A DNA stretch of 64,000 bases from Octopus vulgaris (lineage: Eukaryota): positions 23,994,001 to 24,058,000 of the forward strand of contig OX597837.1 in assembly GCA_951406725.2 (NCBI GenBank). Direction: 5' to 3'. This document shows, one piece after another, positions 26,950-40,052 of this stretch. The position numbers and the translations under genes are program-made. Position 1 is the stretch's first letter; each line of letters starts with the position of its first letter. Below the pieces are notes generated by a model, which had not been told where the DNA came from, did not search any database, and saw only the letters and a program-made list of their open reading frames with translations.

Positions 26950-27837
26950 CCCATAAAGAGCACTGATCTTGGTACCATGTAAACAGAACTGGCGCTGGTG
27001 CCACCTAAAAAGACACTGGTGATGGTGCCAGATAAAAAACACTGATGCTGGTGCCATGTAAAAAGCCCTGGTGCTGATGTATAAAGCACTGGTGCTAGTG
27101 TCACATAAAAAGCACCGATGCTGGTGCCACGTATAAAGTACTGGTGCTAGTGTCACATAAAAAGCACCGATGCTGGTGCCACGTATAAAGTACTGGTGCT
27201 AGTGTCACATAAAAAGCACCGATGCTGGTGCCACGTATAAAGTACTGGTGCTAGTGTCACATAAAAAGCACTGATGCTGGTGCCACGTATAAAGCACTGG
27301 TGCTAGTGTCACATAAAAAGCACTGATGCTGGTGCCACGTATAAAGCACTGGTGCTGGTGTCACATAAAAAGCGCTGGTGTTGATTACATGTGAATAGCA
27401 CTGGTGCTGGTTCCACATAAAAAGCACTGATGCTGGTGCCACGTATAAAGCACTGGTGCTGGTGTCACATAAAATGCACTGGTGCTGGTGCCACGTATAA
27501 AGCACTGGTGCTGGTGTCACATAAAAAGCACTGGTGCTGGTGCCACATATAAAGAACTAGTGTTGATTACATACGAATAGCACTGGTGCTGGTGCCATGT
27601 GAATAGCCCTGGTGCTGGTGCCATGTAAAAGACACTGGTGTTGGTTCCATAACAAAAAGAACTAGTGCTGGTGCCACATAAAAAGTGCCCAGTTCATAGT
27701 GGTTGACATTAGGAAGGGCATCCAGCTGTAGAAACCAAGATAAACTATGGAATCTGGTACAGTCCCTGGCCATGCTGGCTCCTGTCAAACCATCCAACTC
27801 ATGCCAGCATGGAAAATGGACATTAAATGATGATGAT
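26950..27837 (+). repeat. 26-bp minisatellite (alternating variants, 52-bp higher-order unit) running into an RTE 3' tail
   Basis: gcactggtgctggtgccacgtataaa / gcactggtgctagtgtcacataaaaa units, then ..ggttgacattaggaagggcatccagctgtagaaa..(gat)n. Confidence 0.9.
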
Positions 27838-27854
27838 TTGTTCTAATTAACATA

Positions 27855-28025
27855 GGTGCAGGAGTGGCTGCATGGTAAGTAGCTTGCTTACCAACCACAT
27901 GGTTCTGGGTTCAGTACTACTGCGTGGCACCTTGGGCAAGTGTCTTCTACTATAGCCTCGGGCTGACCAAAGCCTTCTGGTTGGATTTAGTAGACAGAAA
28001 CTGAAAGAAGCCTGTCGTATATATG

Positions 28026-28080
<55 letters not shown>

Positions 28081-28299
28081 CTGTGTTTGTGTGTCTGTGT
28101 TTGTCCCCCCCAACATAGCTTGACAACCGATGGTGGTGTGTTTACGTCCCCGTAACTTAGTGCTTTGGCAAAAGAGATCGATAGAATAAGTACTAGGCTT
28201 ACAAAGAATAAGTCCTGGGGTCGATTTGCTTGACTAAAGGTGGTGTTCCAGCATGGCCACAGTCAAATGACTGAAACAAGTAAAAGAGAGAGTAAAGAG
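27855..28299 (+). mobile_element. SINE family A
   Basis: Family match. Confidence 0.85.
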
Positions 28300-28594
28300 T
28301 TTGTACATATTTTCACCTGTATTTTATTTGGTTTTCCACTTCAGTATTGGTTTTCAGGTGTTTCTTGTTTAACTTTTATGCTTTTAAATAGTAAAGTTTA
28401 TTTGCCAACAGAATGTGGTGGTCTGTGAGTATCACATAAGGCTGGAAATGGAAACAGTGACCTCCCTTGCAAACACTATATGGACATAGACTGTGTTGAT
28501 AGCCAGCAGGAAAAGATGTTTTCCTGGGGCTTAGACAACAGTAATATCATCCTTTATAGGACCACCACTTTTTTTTGGCAGATAAATTTTATTA

Positions 28595-29035
28595 TTCGGC
28601 CCCTGTGCTAGTGGCATGTGTAAAAGGATTTGAGCGAGGTCGTTGCCAGTACCACCGGATTGGCCCCTGTGCCGGTGGCACGTAAAAAGCACCCACTACA
28701 CTATCGGAGTGATTGGCATTAGGAAGGGCATCCAGCTGTAGAAACTCTGCCAAATCAAGATTGGAGCCTGGTGCAGCCATCTGGTTCGCCAGCCCTTAGT
28801 CAAAATCGTCCAACCCATGCTAGCATAGAAAGCGGATGTTAAACAATGATGATGATGATGATAAACTTTACTGCCAGGCAAAGTGCTGAGTGGTATTTCG
28901 TCTGCCGCCATGTTCTGAGTTCAAATTCTGCTGAGGTCAACTTTGCCTTTCATCCTTTCGGGGTCGATTAAATAAGAACCAGTTATGTACTGGGGTTGAT
29001 ATAATCAACTTAATCCGTTTGTCTGTCCTTGTTTG
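28595..29035 (+). mobile_element. RTE 3' tail followed by SINE family C
   Basis: Family matches. Confidence 0.75.
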
Positions 29036-29508
29036 TAATTCAACATAAAACACAACAGTCTTCTTTCAGTTTCCCTCTACTGAATTCATACGCAAGACTT
29101 TGATCAGCCCAGGGCTGTAGTAGAAGACACTTTTGCCTTAAGTGCCCAAGGTCCAGTGAGATCGAACCTGAAACCCAATGCTTGGAAATGACCACCTGGT
29201 GGAAGTGGGGTTGGGGTTGAGGATACGAAATTTAGATATGATATTGGCTGTAACCAGCATTACTACACAGTATAAATAGATGGATGGATCAAAGAAATAT
29301 TGTACGACTCTTGAAACTGTGACAACAGCATGGAAGTACACTGCTGTTGCATCGCCAGGAAAGGTGGGGAAGATGAAGTGATGGTGGTGGTGGTGGAAGC
29401 AAAGACAGCAATATTGTAACTTTATTAAATGACGCTTTTATCTGAATGCTACCTTCTGCCGAGTAAATTATTTGTACATTCAAAATAAGCGTCTCTTATC
29501 CTTTTAAT

Positions 29509-29540
<32 letters not shown>

Positions 29541-29541
29541 C

Positions 29542-29590
<49 letters not shown>

Positions 29591-29910
29591 CATACATATA
29601 TAAATATATATATATATAAATAAATATAAAATTGGAAAATGCCTTCCTGCTGTGAGATAAATGATAGCTTAATTCCATTCCTCAGTTTTCACTTACACAT
29701 ACAAACAATACACACTCATACACTCACATATATGCATCGTGCATACATCCTCCCCTCTCGCCAGTTTATTTGGAGTTCATGTTAAAAGAGATTAGATTAT
29801 CTCCCTTGCCTTCCTTCTATAAATCTGTTTGTTCTCATAGTCACGCATCCACTAAGATGTTCAGCATTTCAAAATCTTCCACACAATAGCTTCATAGGAA
29901 TGCAGCATCC

Positions 29911-29946
<36 letters not shown>

Positions 29947-30417
29947 TTGTATTTCTGTTCAGCATAAGTCTCATTGGAATTAAATCTTCAACATTCAAAG
30001 ACTTTCCTATGGAAATTGTATTATATTTATCAGAAAATATTTATGAATGTTTGAAAACTCAAATGTTTTGTGTAAAAGAATCTGATGAAGATAGGATAAT
30101 GGAAACAAAATTAAACATAAAAATTTTAATCTCAAATATAAACCATTACATGAGATTCTTGTTTGTTTATATTTTTTTGTTTATATTTCTTTTTTTCTTT
30201 TCAATTTGTTATTTCTTTATCAACTGTTGAAATTATCGTTTGTCCAGAGTATGACATTAAACTATGTTCAGTTTGGGGGTTCTGGGGTTGTGGAGAGCAT
30301 GGAGTCACCCCTTAATTGCTGTTATGTCCAGGTCTGTTCTGACCCTGAATGGTAGTACCTGTTAGGGTTCCATCTATGGGTTAAATAGATTTTTTTTTTA
30401 GAGTAGATTGAGCTCCT

Positions 30418-30833
30418 TATTTCTTTATTGCCCACAAGGGGCTAAACATAGAGGGGACAAACAAGGACAGACAAAGGGGTTAAGTCGATTATATCAATCC
30501 CAGTGCACAACTGGTACTTAATTTATTGACCCCGAAAGGATGAAAGACAAAGTCGACCTCGGCGGAATTTGAACTCAGAACGTAACGGGAGACGAAAAAC
30601 CTATTTCTTTACTACCCACAAGGGGCTAAACACAGAAGGGACAAACAAGGACAGACAATCGGATTAAGTCGATTACATCAACCCCAGTGCGTAACGGGTA
30701 CTTAATTTATCGACCCCGAAAGGATGAAAGGCAAAGTCGACCTCGGTGGAATTTGAACTCAGAATGTAAAGACAGATGAAATACTGCTGAGTATTTCGCC
30801 CGGAGTGCTAATGTTTCTGCCAGCTCACCACCT
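30418..30833 (-). mobile_element. Tandem dimer of SINE family C
   Basis: Two direct copies of tttcttta(c/t)t(a/g)cccacaaggggc...gaactcagaa. Confidence 0.8.
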
Positions 30834-31527
30834 TAGCTGCAGTGAAAGCAATCAATCTAGGTTGACAACTCCAAAATTAATACCATAATCCATCATGCCC
30901 TAACCCAAAAGAGTATGGCTGATAAAACTAACATGAGATATACCCAATAACATAGGTTCATTCATACTATGGAGGTAACTACTTTAAGTATGACATAAAA
31001 CTGTATCCTATGGTGAAGATCCAGTTAGGGAGTTCTGGAGTTGTGGGGATCATGAAGTTACTCTTTAGCTATAAAGAATGTACATGGTTGTATGAATTGC
31101 AGTTTTAAGGTCTGTTATATTATGTCCTCTGTTAAATGAATTCAGGATGGTTAATAATAAACAAATTCAAAGACAAGTTGTAAATGACCGCAAAGAAATA
31201 TTTATTGCTGTTGCTAAAATTTGATACAGCAAACTGGTAGGACAGTAATAATTGTCAATATGTTGTATAGTTTTAAATGCTCATAAAAATGAAGACAGAA
31301 AGGATAGAAAATCCTGAAATACAGCATCACAAAAATTCTGGCTACAATTTTATTCAAATGTTGGTAAAATGCAAAGCATAATGTCAAGGATTCTGGGTTG
31401 AATTCTGTTCAAGCTGAAAAAAACAAGGTGAAATCAACCAGTTCTTACATGAAGATCTCAGGTCGCTCATAGCAAAACTCTCCCCCCTAGGAACTTAGTG
31501 AGCCAAAACTTCCCATTTTATAGCTAA

Positions 31528-31649
31528 CAAGCAGTATAACCCGGCTTTGCCCGGGATTGAGTTAAGATCATTAAGCTAATCAAGTTCTTTATTTCGAACC
31601 AAACTAAGTAATATCGACGTCAAATTTGGGTGAAATCAGTTGAATTTGG

Positions 31650-31688
<39 letters not shown>

Positions 31689-32110
31689 CATGATATAATA
31701 TAATATATAATATGATATAAATATATATGGGCAACACACACACACATACGTACGTACACCTATTGCATATGTTTTTTGCACGCATGCATGTTCATAAACA
31801 GAAATGAATGGAAAAAATGTTGGTAAATTTGTAGATAAACACTCACACGATTTTCACTAAGAAAAAAAATTGGGTTTTTTGCAAGGAATCAACTACTCTG
31901 GCCTCCTAATATACTACAAAACCCTTTTTGTGGTTCGTAAAATGGAGTTGGGTGTGGTGGAAGCCTCGGAAATTGTACCCATTTATATTGTGTAATTCCA
32001 TGACAAATTGTTACCTACCTCTTTGTTTCTTTGTTAAATAAATGGATTCTCAACAAAACACTTTTTTACTCGGTGTAAAATAAAAACAAAACTCTTTCGC
32101 ACCCAAAGTA

Positions 32111-32146
<36 letters not shown>

Positions 32147-32754
32147 GTGGGGGAGAAAGATGAACGATTTAAAATAAATATATTTTAATTGTTGTGTGAG
32201 AAAGTATATATAATCTGATTATAAAATATAGTGTCTTTCAAAAACATCCTAAATTTGAAGACTATATCTCGTGTTTAAGAAAAAACAAAACATTTTACAT
32301 TTTATTTTTTATGAACGCTGTCACTTACTCTCCCTCACTCTCTCTCCTCACTTTGCCTTTACCTTTTTTTTATTAGACGCTGTCAAACTCTCTCCCACTC
32401 TTCCTTACACATACTTTTTCTTTACTGTTTTTGTTAGACGTAGTGAAACACTCTCTCTCCCTCACACACACACACACACATCAACATAACTTCTCTCTCT
32501 CCCTCACACACACACTTTCACTTGGCTATGGCTAGAAGGGACTTAACTCATGTTAACAACCGTCAAATTTGTAAAAGCTATGGTTGAAAATAGGTTTTTA
32601 CCGCCGGGTGCCTCGGGAAAAAAATAAGTTGACAAAACCCAGGTAGGGTGGTGATGAATGCCCTCCTAAAATTGGAGTGACATGCATGCTAATTTGTGGA
32701 CATGCATAAATTACATTCACGTACACACACACATATGCCTTTTATAGATACAGA
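31528..32754 (-). mobile_element. Non-autonomous Helitron-like element
   Basis: Minus strand starts a|TCtgtatctataaaa and ends with hairpin cccgggcaaagccggg followed by CTTG (variant of CTAG). Confidence 0.6.
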
Positions 32755-33532
32755 TGAACAGATGCTAGGCTAGTCATCATCATCATCACCATCATTTGAC
32801 GTCCTTTGTCTATGCTGGCATGGGTTGGACAGTTTGACCAGAGCTGGTAAGCTGGAAGGCTTCACCAGACTCCTGTCTGATTTGGCATGGTTTTCTACAG
32901 CTGGATGCCCTTCCTAACACCAACCACTCCGAGAGTGTAATGGGTGCTTTTATGCCCTTCCTAACACCAACCACTCCGAGAGTGTGATGGGTGCTTTTGT
33001 GTACCACCAGCTCAGGTGCCATTTGTGTGATACTGGTACCTGCTATGTCTGATAACATAGATTCAGACGACAATTTAGGGCAACGAGCTAGCAGAAACGT
33101 TAGTATGCTGGGTAAAATGCTTTGTGGTATTTCGTCTGCCATTACGTTCTGAGTTCAAATTCCGCTGATGTCAACTTTGCCTTTCATCCTTTTGGGGTCA
33201 ATTAAATAAGTACCAGTTATGCCCTGGGGTCAATGTAATCGACTTATTCCCTTTGTCTGTCCTTGTTTGTCCCCTCTATGTTCCCCCCCCCCCCTGTGGG
33301 CAATAAATAAACAAATAGATTCAGACAACGAAAGCAATTATCTTGTGTTAGTGTACATTCTGCTGCAGGTGGAGTAAGCAGCAGAAAATGATAATGATCT
33401 TGATTAAACTTTCCGTTTTCATCACACTAATGATGTAGCTACAAACACAAGGACATACAGACAAATGTATGTATGCATGTAATGTATGTTTGTATGTATG
33501 TACTATCATTAAACCCCCAAAAAATCTTTACA

Positions 33533-33575
33533 AACTGTTATTCCAGAGTTTCACGCTATCGTTCATCAGGCAGTT
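33533..33575 (-). ncRNA. Minimal type I hammerhead motif, slightly degenerate
   Basis: aactgc-CTGATGA-acg-atag-cgt-GAAA-ctctggaaTA-acagtt on the minus strand. Confidence 0.6.
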
Positions 33576-34914
33576 GTGATAATGATTATGTTTTAACAAA
33601 AGCATGCTACTCTGCCTTCAGTATTCGAGTACTATTTTTCCCACTTTGCTTTGCATTTATGTACTTATTAATGTGTGTGTAGAGAGAGACAGACAGACAG
33701 ACAGGCAAATAGAGAAAGAAACAACAGCCTCTTTGAGTTTCCATCTACCAAATTCAATCACAAAACTTTGGCTGGTGCAGAGCTATAGTAAAAGACACTT
33801 GCCCAAGATGCCACACAGCGGGATTGAACCCAAAACCATGTAGGAAGCAAACTTCTTACCCACACAGCCACACCTGCACCTACATTAAAATATCAGATGC
33901 ATGTAAAGCAATTATTAATTTTTGCAAATAACAATGAAAATGAATCTTCCCTGGAGCTTGAAGAAAACTGTAAAGCAATAAATTTTAGAAAAATATGCAA
34001 AAATATTTTGTAAATCTCCATCTAAAAAAAATGAACAGTTACAAGATTTTATTAAGTATGACATAAAATCATAATTAAATTTTTACTTCATTGTAAACTA
34101 CTTTTTCTTGAAATAGTCTTTTGGCCATTGATAAAAGGCTTCTGAAAGAAAAAAAATAATGCAGACTTGAGGCTCTTAGAGTGATTGGATCCATGGAGAC
34201 AATATCATATGCTGAATGGAATATTCTACAAAGCCTAATGGATATACTTCACCCCCATTGAAATTGTTCTTTAAAATCTGTATTTCTAGAAGACAAATTT
34301 AGTCAAGGCTGAAGTATCAATCCAGTTTTTGTTGTCAGAAATGAAGTTAATGAAGGATTTTGTTACCATTCAGCATCTTTTGGAACAACACTCTTTAAAA
34401 GACAAAGTGATGTTACTACTTTTATTTCTTCAAAAGCAAGTATTTAAAAAATTACATGTGGTGAGCAAATTTTTTGAAAGATTGAAAGAAGTTCAGGTAT
34501 CTAATGATAAAGAAACATTGGCTGAGGGCAGTGATTCAGCTCCAACATGATCAAACTAAAAATAAGAACACCTTATTTTTAAAAGAATATAGAAGTGCTT
34601 TAAGAGAATTTAAACCCAAACTTGAAGCCAAGTATTAGAAATACCAGTATAAGCTCAGCTTTTGCTCCAACACTTCTCATCTCACTTGGCCTTCATTGAG
34701 CTGATATTGTTGCTGACAGCTTTAAAGTTTTGAACCTAACTGGAAGAGGAGGGTTTCCAGTAGAGAGTGGATAGATTTGTATCTGTATTTTTTATCTGAA
34801 AGAAAGTTTTTACAATCGTTTCTTAAACCCAATGGCAACAGTTGTGTCTGTCAAATAGATATAATATGATTAGGTAATAAATTACTTTTAGTTTCATTTG
34901 ATTTCATATTGTTA

Positions 34915-35330
34915 TCATCATCAACATTTAACGTCCGTTTTCCATGCTAGCATGGGTTGGACGGTTCAACTGGGGTCTGGTAAGCCATGGAGGCTGCACC
35001 AGGCTCTAGTCTGATTTGGCAGTGTTTCTACAGCTGGATGCCCTTCCTAACGCCAACCACTCAGTGAGTGTAGTGGGTGTTTTTTACGTGCCACTGGCAC
35101 AGGGGCCAGAGCAGGCTGGCAAATGGCCACGATCAGTTGGTGCTTTTACGTGTCACCGACACAGACGCCAGTCAGGCGACGCTAGTATCTGCCGTGTTTG
35201 GACGGTGCTTTTTATGTGTCACTGGCATGGGTGTCTTAACTACAATTTCCATTTGAATTTTTATTTTGATGTTGACGTACTTAACTCAATAGGTCTCCTC
35301 AAGAACAGCGGGTCACTCTACGATCCAAGG
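34915..35330 (-). mobile_element. RTE 3' tail with internal ~60-bp subrepeats
   Basis: Family match. Confidence 0.75.
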
Positions 35331-35500
35331 TTAGCACAGTAGGCCATCCTGCGAGCATGAACTCACTTCATTTGTTGGGTCTTACCACCATCAACTGCAT
35401 CGCCAACATCTTCTATGTTACCATCATCATCACCACTAACATCATTACCATTAATACCAACATCATCAACACTATTGCTATCATCATCATCATCACTAGT

Positions 35501-35668
35501 ATAGGCGGAGGAATGGCTGTGTGGTAAGTAGCTTGCTTACAAACCACATGATTCCAGGTTCAGTCCCATTGCGTGGCACCTTGGGCAAATGTCTTCTGCT
35601 ATAACCTCGGGCCGTCCAAAGCCTTGTGAGTGGATTTGGTAGACAGAAACTGAAAGAAGCCCTTCGTA

Positions 35669-35740
<72 letters not shown>

Positions 35741-35960
35741 TGTGTACATGTTTGTGTGTCTCTGTTTGTCCCCCCCCCAACATTGCTTGACAACTGATGC
35801 TGGTGTGTTTACGTCCTCGTAACTTAGTGGTTCGGCCAAAGAGCCCAATAGAATAAGTACAAGGCTTACAAAGAATAAGCCCTGGGGGTCAATTTGCTTG
35901 ACTAAAGGCAGTGCTCCAGCATGGCCCCAGCCTTTTGCCGAAACCTGTAAAAGACAAAAG
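35501..35960 (+). mobile_element. SINE family A
   Basis: Family match. Confidence 0.85.
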
Positions 35961-35972
35961 ATATATTATATA

Positions 35973-36265
35973 CTAGCAGTAACACCCGTCATTGATCAGG
36001 TAATTACTTTTACTGTTTCTCAGGCCAAGAAGCTAGAAAAGTGGATATATCATATAAAAGAATAGCTTTATGGAATCCAGGTGACTGCGATGGCACTGAA
36101 AATGCTGCAGGTCATGTGGAACATGACTGTTCATACCGTAAAAGTATTGTACATTATGCGTTTGGTAGGTGCACAATTAGTGTTGCCTCCCTTGAACCAT
36201 TTACTTTCATTTTATGGACAAACAAACACAAAGAAACAGAATCTCTCTCTTTTATATATATATAT
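35973..36265 (-). mobile_element. Short Helitron-like element
   Basis: 3' CTAG at 35973-35976 beside a degenerate ccc...ggg hairpin; TA-rich opposite end like the other Helitrons here. Confidence 0.45.
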
Positions 36266-36472
36266 ATAAATATATATACTTACATATATATGTGTGTGTG
36301 TATTGGATCTATTTGTGATACATGAGGAATTACCTTGCATGTGTATTCAACTTACATTTACTGGTGTCGGATATAGTTAATCAAATTCATTTAAAACTGA
36401 GTGCTTTGTTGTTATCTGCCTGGATTTTCTAATCATCCTTTTTTCCTTCTTATATATATATATATATGTATA

Positions 36473-36513
<41 letters not shown>

Positions 36514-36589
36514 TCCTGAGCATCCAATAACACTATACTTGTTCCACGTCCTTGCGTTGTTGTGTTTTCATGTTTGGATTAACTATATG

Positions 36590-36634
<45 letters not shown>

Positions 36635-37217
36635 ACATACATAGTGTCCAAAAAGGGATTTAAACAAACATTGAATGATTAAATGATTATTACTTTTTTT
36701 ATATTTTACTTATTTCAGTCCTTGGACTGTAGCCATGCTGGGGCACCACCTTGAAAGGTTTTAAGTTGAACGAATCAACTCCAATGCTTGGTTTTTTTTT
36801 CTAAAACTTGGTACTCATTTTTTTTATTACTTTTGCTGAACCACTAAGTTGTGGGAACATAAACAAACCAACACCAGTTGTCAAGTGGAGGTGGGGAACA
36901 AGCACAAAGACACATATATACATGTGTGCATGTGTGTGTGCATGTGTGTGTGTGTGTGTATACAATGTGTAGTTTCTGTCTACTAAATCCACTCACAAGG
37001 CTTTATTTGACCCAGGGTTATAGAAGACACTTTCCCAGGGTGCTACACAGTGGAATCAAACTCGAAACCATATGGTATGGAAGCAAACTCCTTACCACAC
37101 AGCCATGCCTGCTCCTATAGCTACACCTGTGCCTATTAAGTTGTTGCTTATTAAGATATACTTCATTTTGAAAATTTAATGGAATCTAGTTCTATAATTA
37201 AGAGATGAGGAATTATG

Positions 37218-37676
37218 TACATTATTTACAGTTGACAGATATTTGTCCTCATCTTGTTTGTTGTTAACACGTTTCGGCTGATATACCCTCCAGCCATCAT
37301 CAAGTATCTTGGGGAAATTATGAGCCTGGGTTCTTATTTCTAATGTATTTTTCGATGTTATTATTATTATTATTATTATTCATGTCACTGCCTGGAATTG
37401 AACTCGGAATCTTGGGGTTAGTAGCCCATGCTCTTAACCACTACACCACGGTGTAGTAGTTAAGAGCACGGGATACTAACCCCAAGATTCCAAGTTTGAT
37501 TCCAGGCAGTGACTTGAATAATAATAATAATGACATAGAAAAATACCTTAGGATTGAGAACACAGGTTCAAAATTTCCCCAAGACACCTGATGAAGGCTG
37601 GAGGGTATATCAGCCAAAACGTTATGTTAACAACAAACAAGATGAGGACAAATATCTGTCAACTGTAAATAATGTA
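37218..37676. mobile_element. Palindromic element: two head-to-head units, each tRNA-like head + (TAA)n + hammerhead-like Penelope-type tail
   Basis: ~230-bp arms, 2-nt loop at 37448-37449. A box GTGTAGTGG, B box GAGTTCAATTCC; arm consensus CTGATGA-a-ggctg..cagcc-GAAA-cgtt. Confidence 0.8.
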
Positions 37677-37699
37677 AAATAATGTTAATGGAATCTACC

Positions 37700-39731
37700 A
37701 ACAGAATTTAATTTTTTTCTGAATGCCTGCTTTTAAACTGATGATCATTCAGCTCCAGGCTCTGCTGATAATATAAAGCAATGGAAACAAAAGCATCAAA
37801 ACGTCTTTCATTTGCTATTTGTGAGCATTCTCAGCCAATGGTTGTCCATAATTCATCGACTGTTGTCAGTTTTGTACCATAAACTTTAACAGTTTTTTTT
37901 TTTTTGTTAGTACTCCCATAAAAAATGTCTAATGGTGTGAGATGCAATAAATATGGAGGGTGTTCAGATCTTTTCAGTTTGAACGGCAGTTTTTAACATA
38001 ATTTCTAGGTAACTAAAAAATTTTAAACTTCGTATACTGGTAGAATGTGTTTATAAAACATCTTTTTCTCTTGGCTTTATTGAGAAAATTCTATAGTTTG
38101 TAAGATATTTGTTGTTTTTTTTTTCTTCAATTTCTGCAATTTCAACCAATCAAATACGTCTATTGAGGTAAAAAAAAAACATTCTGTGCCGTATGAATAT
38201 GTCCCTCGTTTAAGAAACAGATTGGGTTTATTTACATTTGTGAAGAAAAAAAGATACCCTTTCCCCACCCCTAACCCTAACTAACCCTAACCCTAAAACA
38301 GATTGAAATGCAATAGATCGATACTAGGGTCTTAATTATGGGTGACAATTTCATATGACACCGCTAGAAAAAACTGCCGTTCAAACCGAAAAGATCCGGG
38401 TATTCTACTGAACCCCTTTGTTCAGCCCACCTGTTTGACAAAATCTAATCAAGGTAGATCCTCACATTACTGTGATAGTGTGGAGATGCCCTTTCTTGCA
38501 AGAAATAAACCTCAAACATCTTCAAGGTCCTCTTGAGTGCTTGACATGACAGACTGTTGCAGCAGGTTCAAGTAAATGGGACTATTCACAGCACCATCAT
38601 AAAAGGAATGGTCCAATTCTTTTGATGATAAGCCGCTCCGTACTGTAATTCCTGGTATATTAACATGATGTACCTCTATAACGTGTGAATTGTCAGGTTC
38701 CAAGTTGGTGCAACTCTGGTGGTTAATTGAGCCATTTAATCTAAACTTGTCCTCATCACTCCAAACAGTCTTTGTTTGAAAGTGTGCATCTTCTACACAT
38801 CTTATCTTACCAAGTATCACTTGCAAAACTCCACACTTTGGTCTGGATTCCCTTCATTAAGTGCATGGACTATTCTTGGAATGCAACTTTACCAATTATA
38901 GTGTTTCAAAATGCAACAGATGCAATAGGCGCAGGAGTGGCTGTGTGGTAAGTAGCTTGCTAACCAACCACATGGTTCCGGGTTCAGTCCCACTGCGTGG
39001 CATCTTGGGCAAGTGTCTTCTGCTATAGCCCCGGGCCGACCAAAGCCTTGTGAGTGGATTTGGTAGACGGAAACTGAAAGAAGCCTGTCGTATATATGTA
39101 TATATATGTGTATGTGTGTATGTGTTTGTGTATCTGTGTTTGTCCCCCTAGCATTGCTTGACAACCGATGCTGGTGTGTTTGCGTCTCCGTCACTTAGCG
39201 GTTCGGCAAAAGAGACCGATAGAATAAGTACTGGGCTTACAAAGAATAAGTCCCGGGGTCGATTTGCTCGACTAAAGGCGGTGCTCCAGCATGGCCGCAG
39301 TCAAATGACTGAAACAAGTAAAAAGAGTAAGAAAGAGTAAAGAGATGCTTGATTTTGAAATTCCAGTCTCACAACTCCTTTTATGTACAGATTTTCTTGA
39401 ACTCTGGGAATACATTTCAAGTATCTTTTCATGCTTTGTGGGAGATCATCAATGTCCACAGTCTCTTGTGGAACATTTCTCATGAATATTCTTAGCAGTA
39501 ACAGCTGTTTCAAACTTTTCTTTAATTTAAGTGAAGGTAAATTATGTTGAAGGATTTGTCTGAAACACCCACCTAAACTGTTTTTGCACTTTGACTACCT
39601 TTGCAAATTCCCAATAACACCTTATGATAAATTCCCTTTGTTCAAAACTGTGTCTGGGATAAATCTGAAAAGAAATGAAAAGAAAGTTATCAACAGTTAA
39701 AGTGCATATACATTTTTGGGGGCCACCCTGT
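37700..39731 (-). mobile_element. Degenerate Tc1/mariner-superfamily transposon, interrupted by a MITE and a SINE A (38927-39344)
   Basis: [36 protein letters not shown] and a (W)PP..LTPLD-like motif; TIR-like cagggtggcccccaaaaatgtatatgcacttt at the right end. Confidence 0.7.
37965..38398. mobile_element. MITE with ~29-bp TIRs carrying an internal (CCCTAA)n tract
   Basis: cagatcttttcagtttgaacggcagtttt / aaaactgccgttcaaaccgaaaagatccg; CCCTAA repeats at 38269-38296. Confidence 0.8.
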
Positions 39732-39809
39732 GTGCATGTATGTATACACAAACACTCTGTGTTTATGTATACATTCATACACATACACATCTACAATTGT
39801 AAATACATA

Positions 39810-40052
39810 GCTCTATCTGCGACGATTTCATCTCAATCGAAGGAGAGGGGCTTTCTCTGTCCAGGTTGCGAATCCGTGGAATAAGCTGCTGGACGAGATA
39901 GTGAAGATGCCGACGACCGCTCAGTTCAAAGTCTCCCTTGACCACAATTGGCCTGAACTCTTTACAGGAACACCACCCTGTACATAACTCCATGTCCCCC
40001 TACATGGCCTTGCTTTTTGCTTTTTGAGCCAAAAAATTAACTAACTAACTAC
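39810..40052 (+). mobile_element. LINE-like 3' end with (ACTA)n tail; second copy at 48640-48845
   Basis: Two similar copies ending catggccttgct..tgagcca..taactaactaacta. Confidence 0.55.

Noticed and set aside
26950-27690. CRISPR-like appearance of short repeat arrays (also 57075-57632)
   Set aside because: No unique spacers, eukaryotic context, no cas genes.
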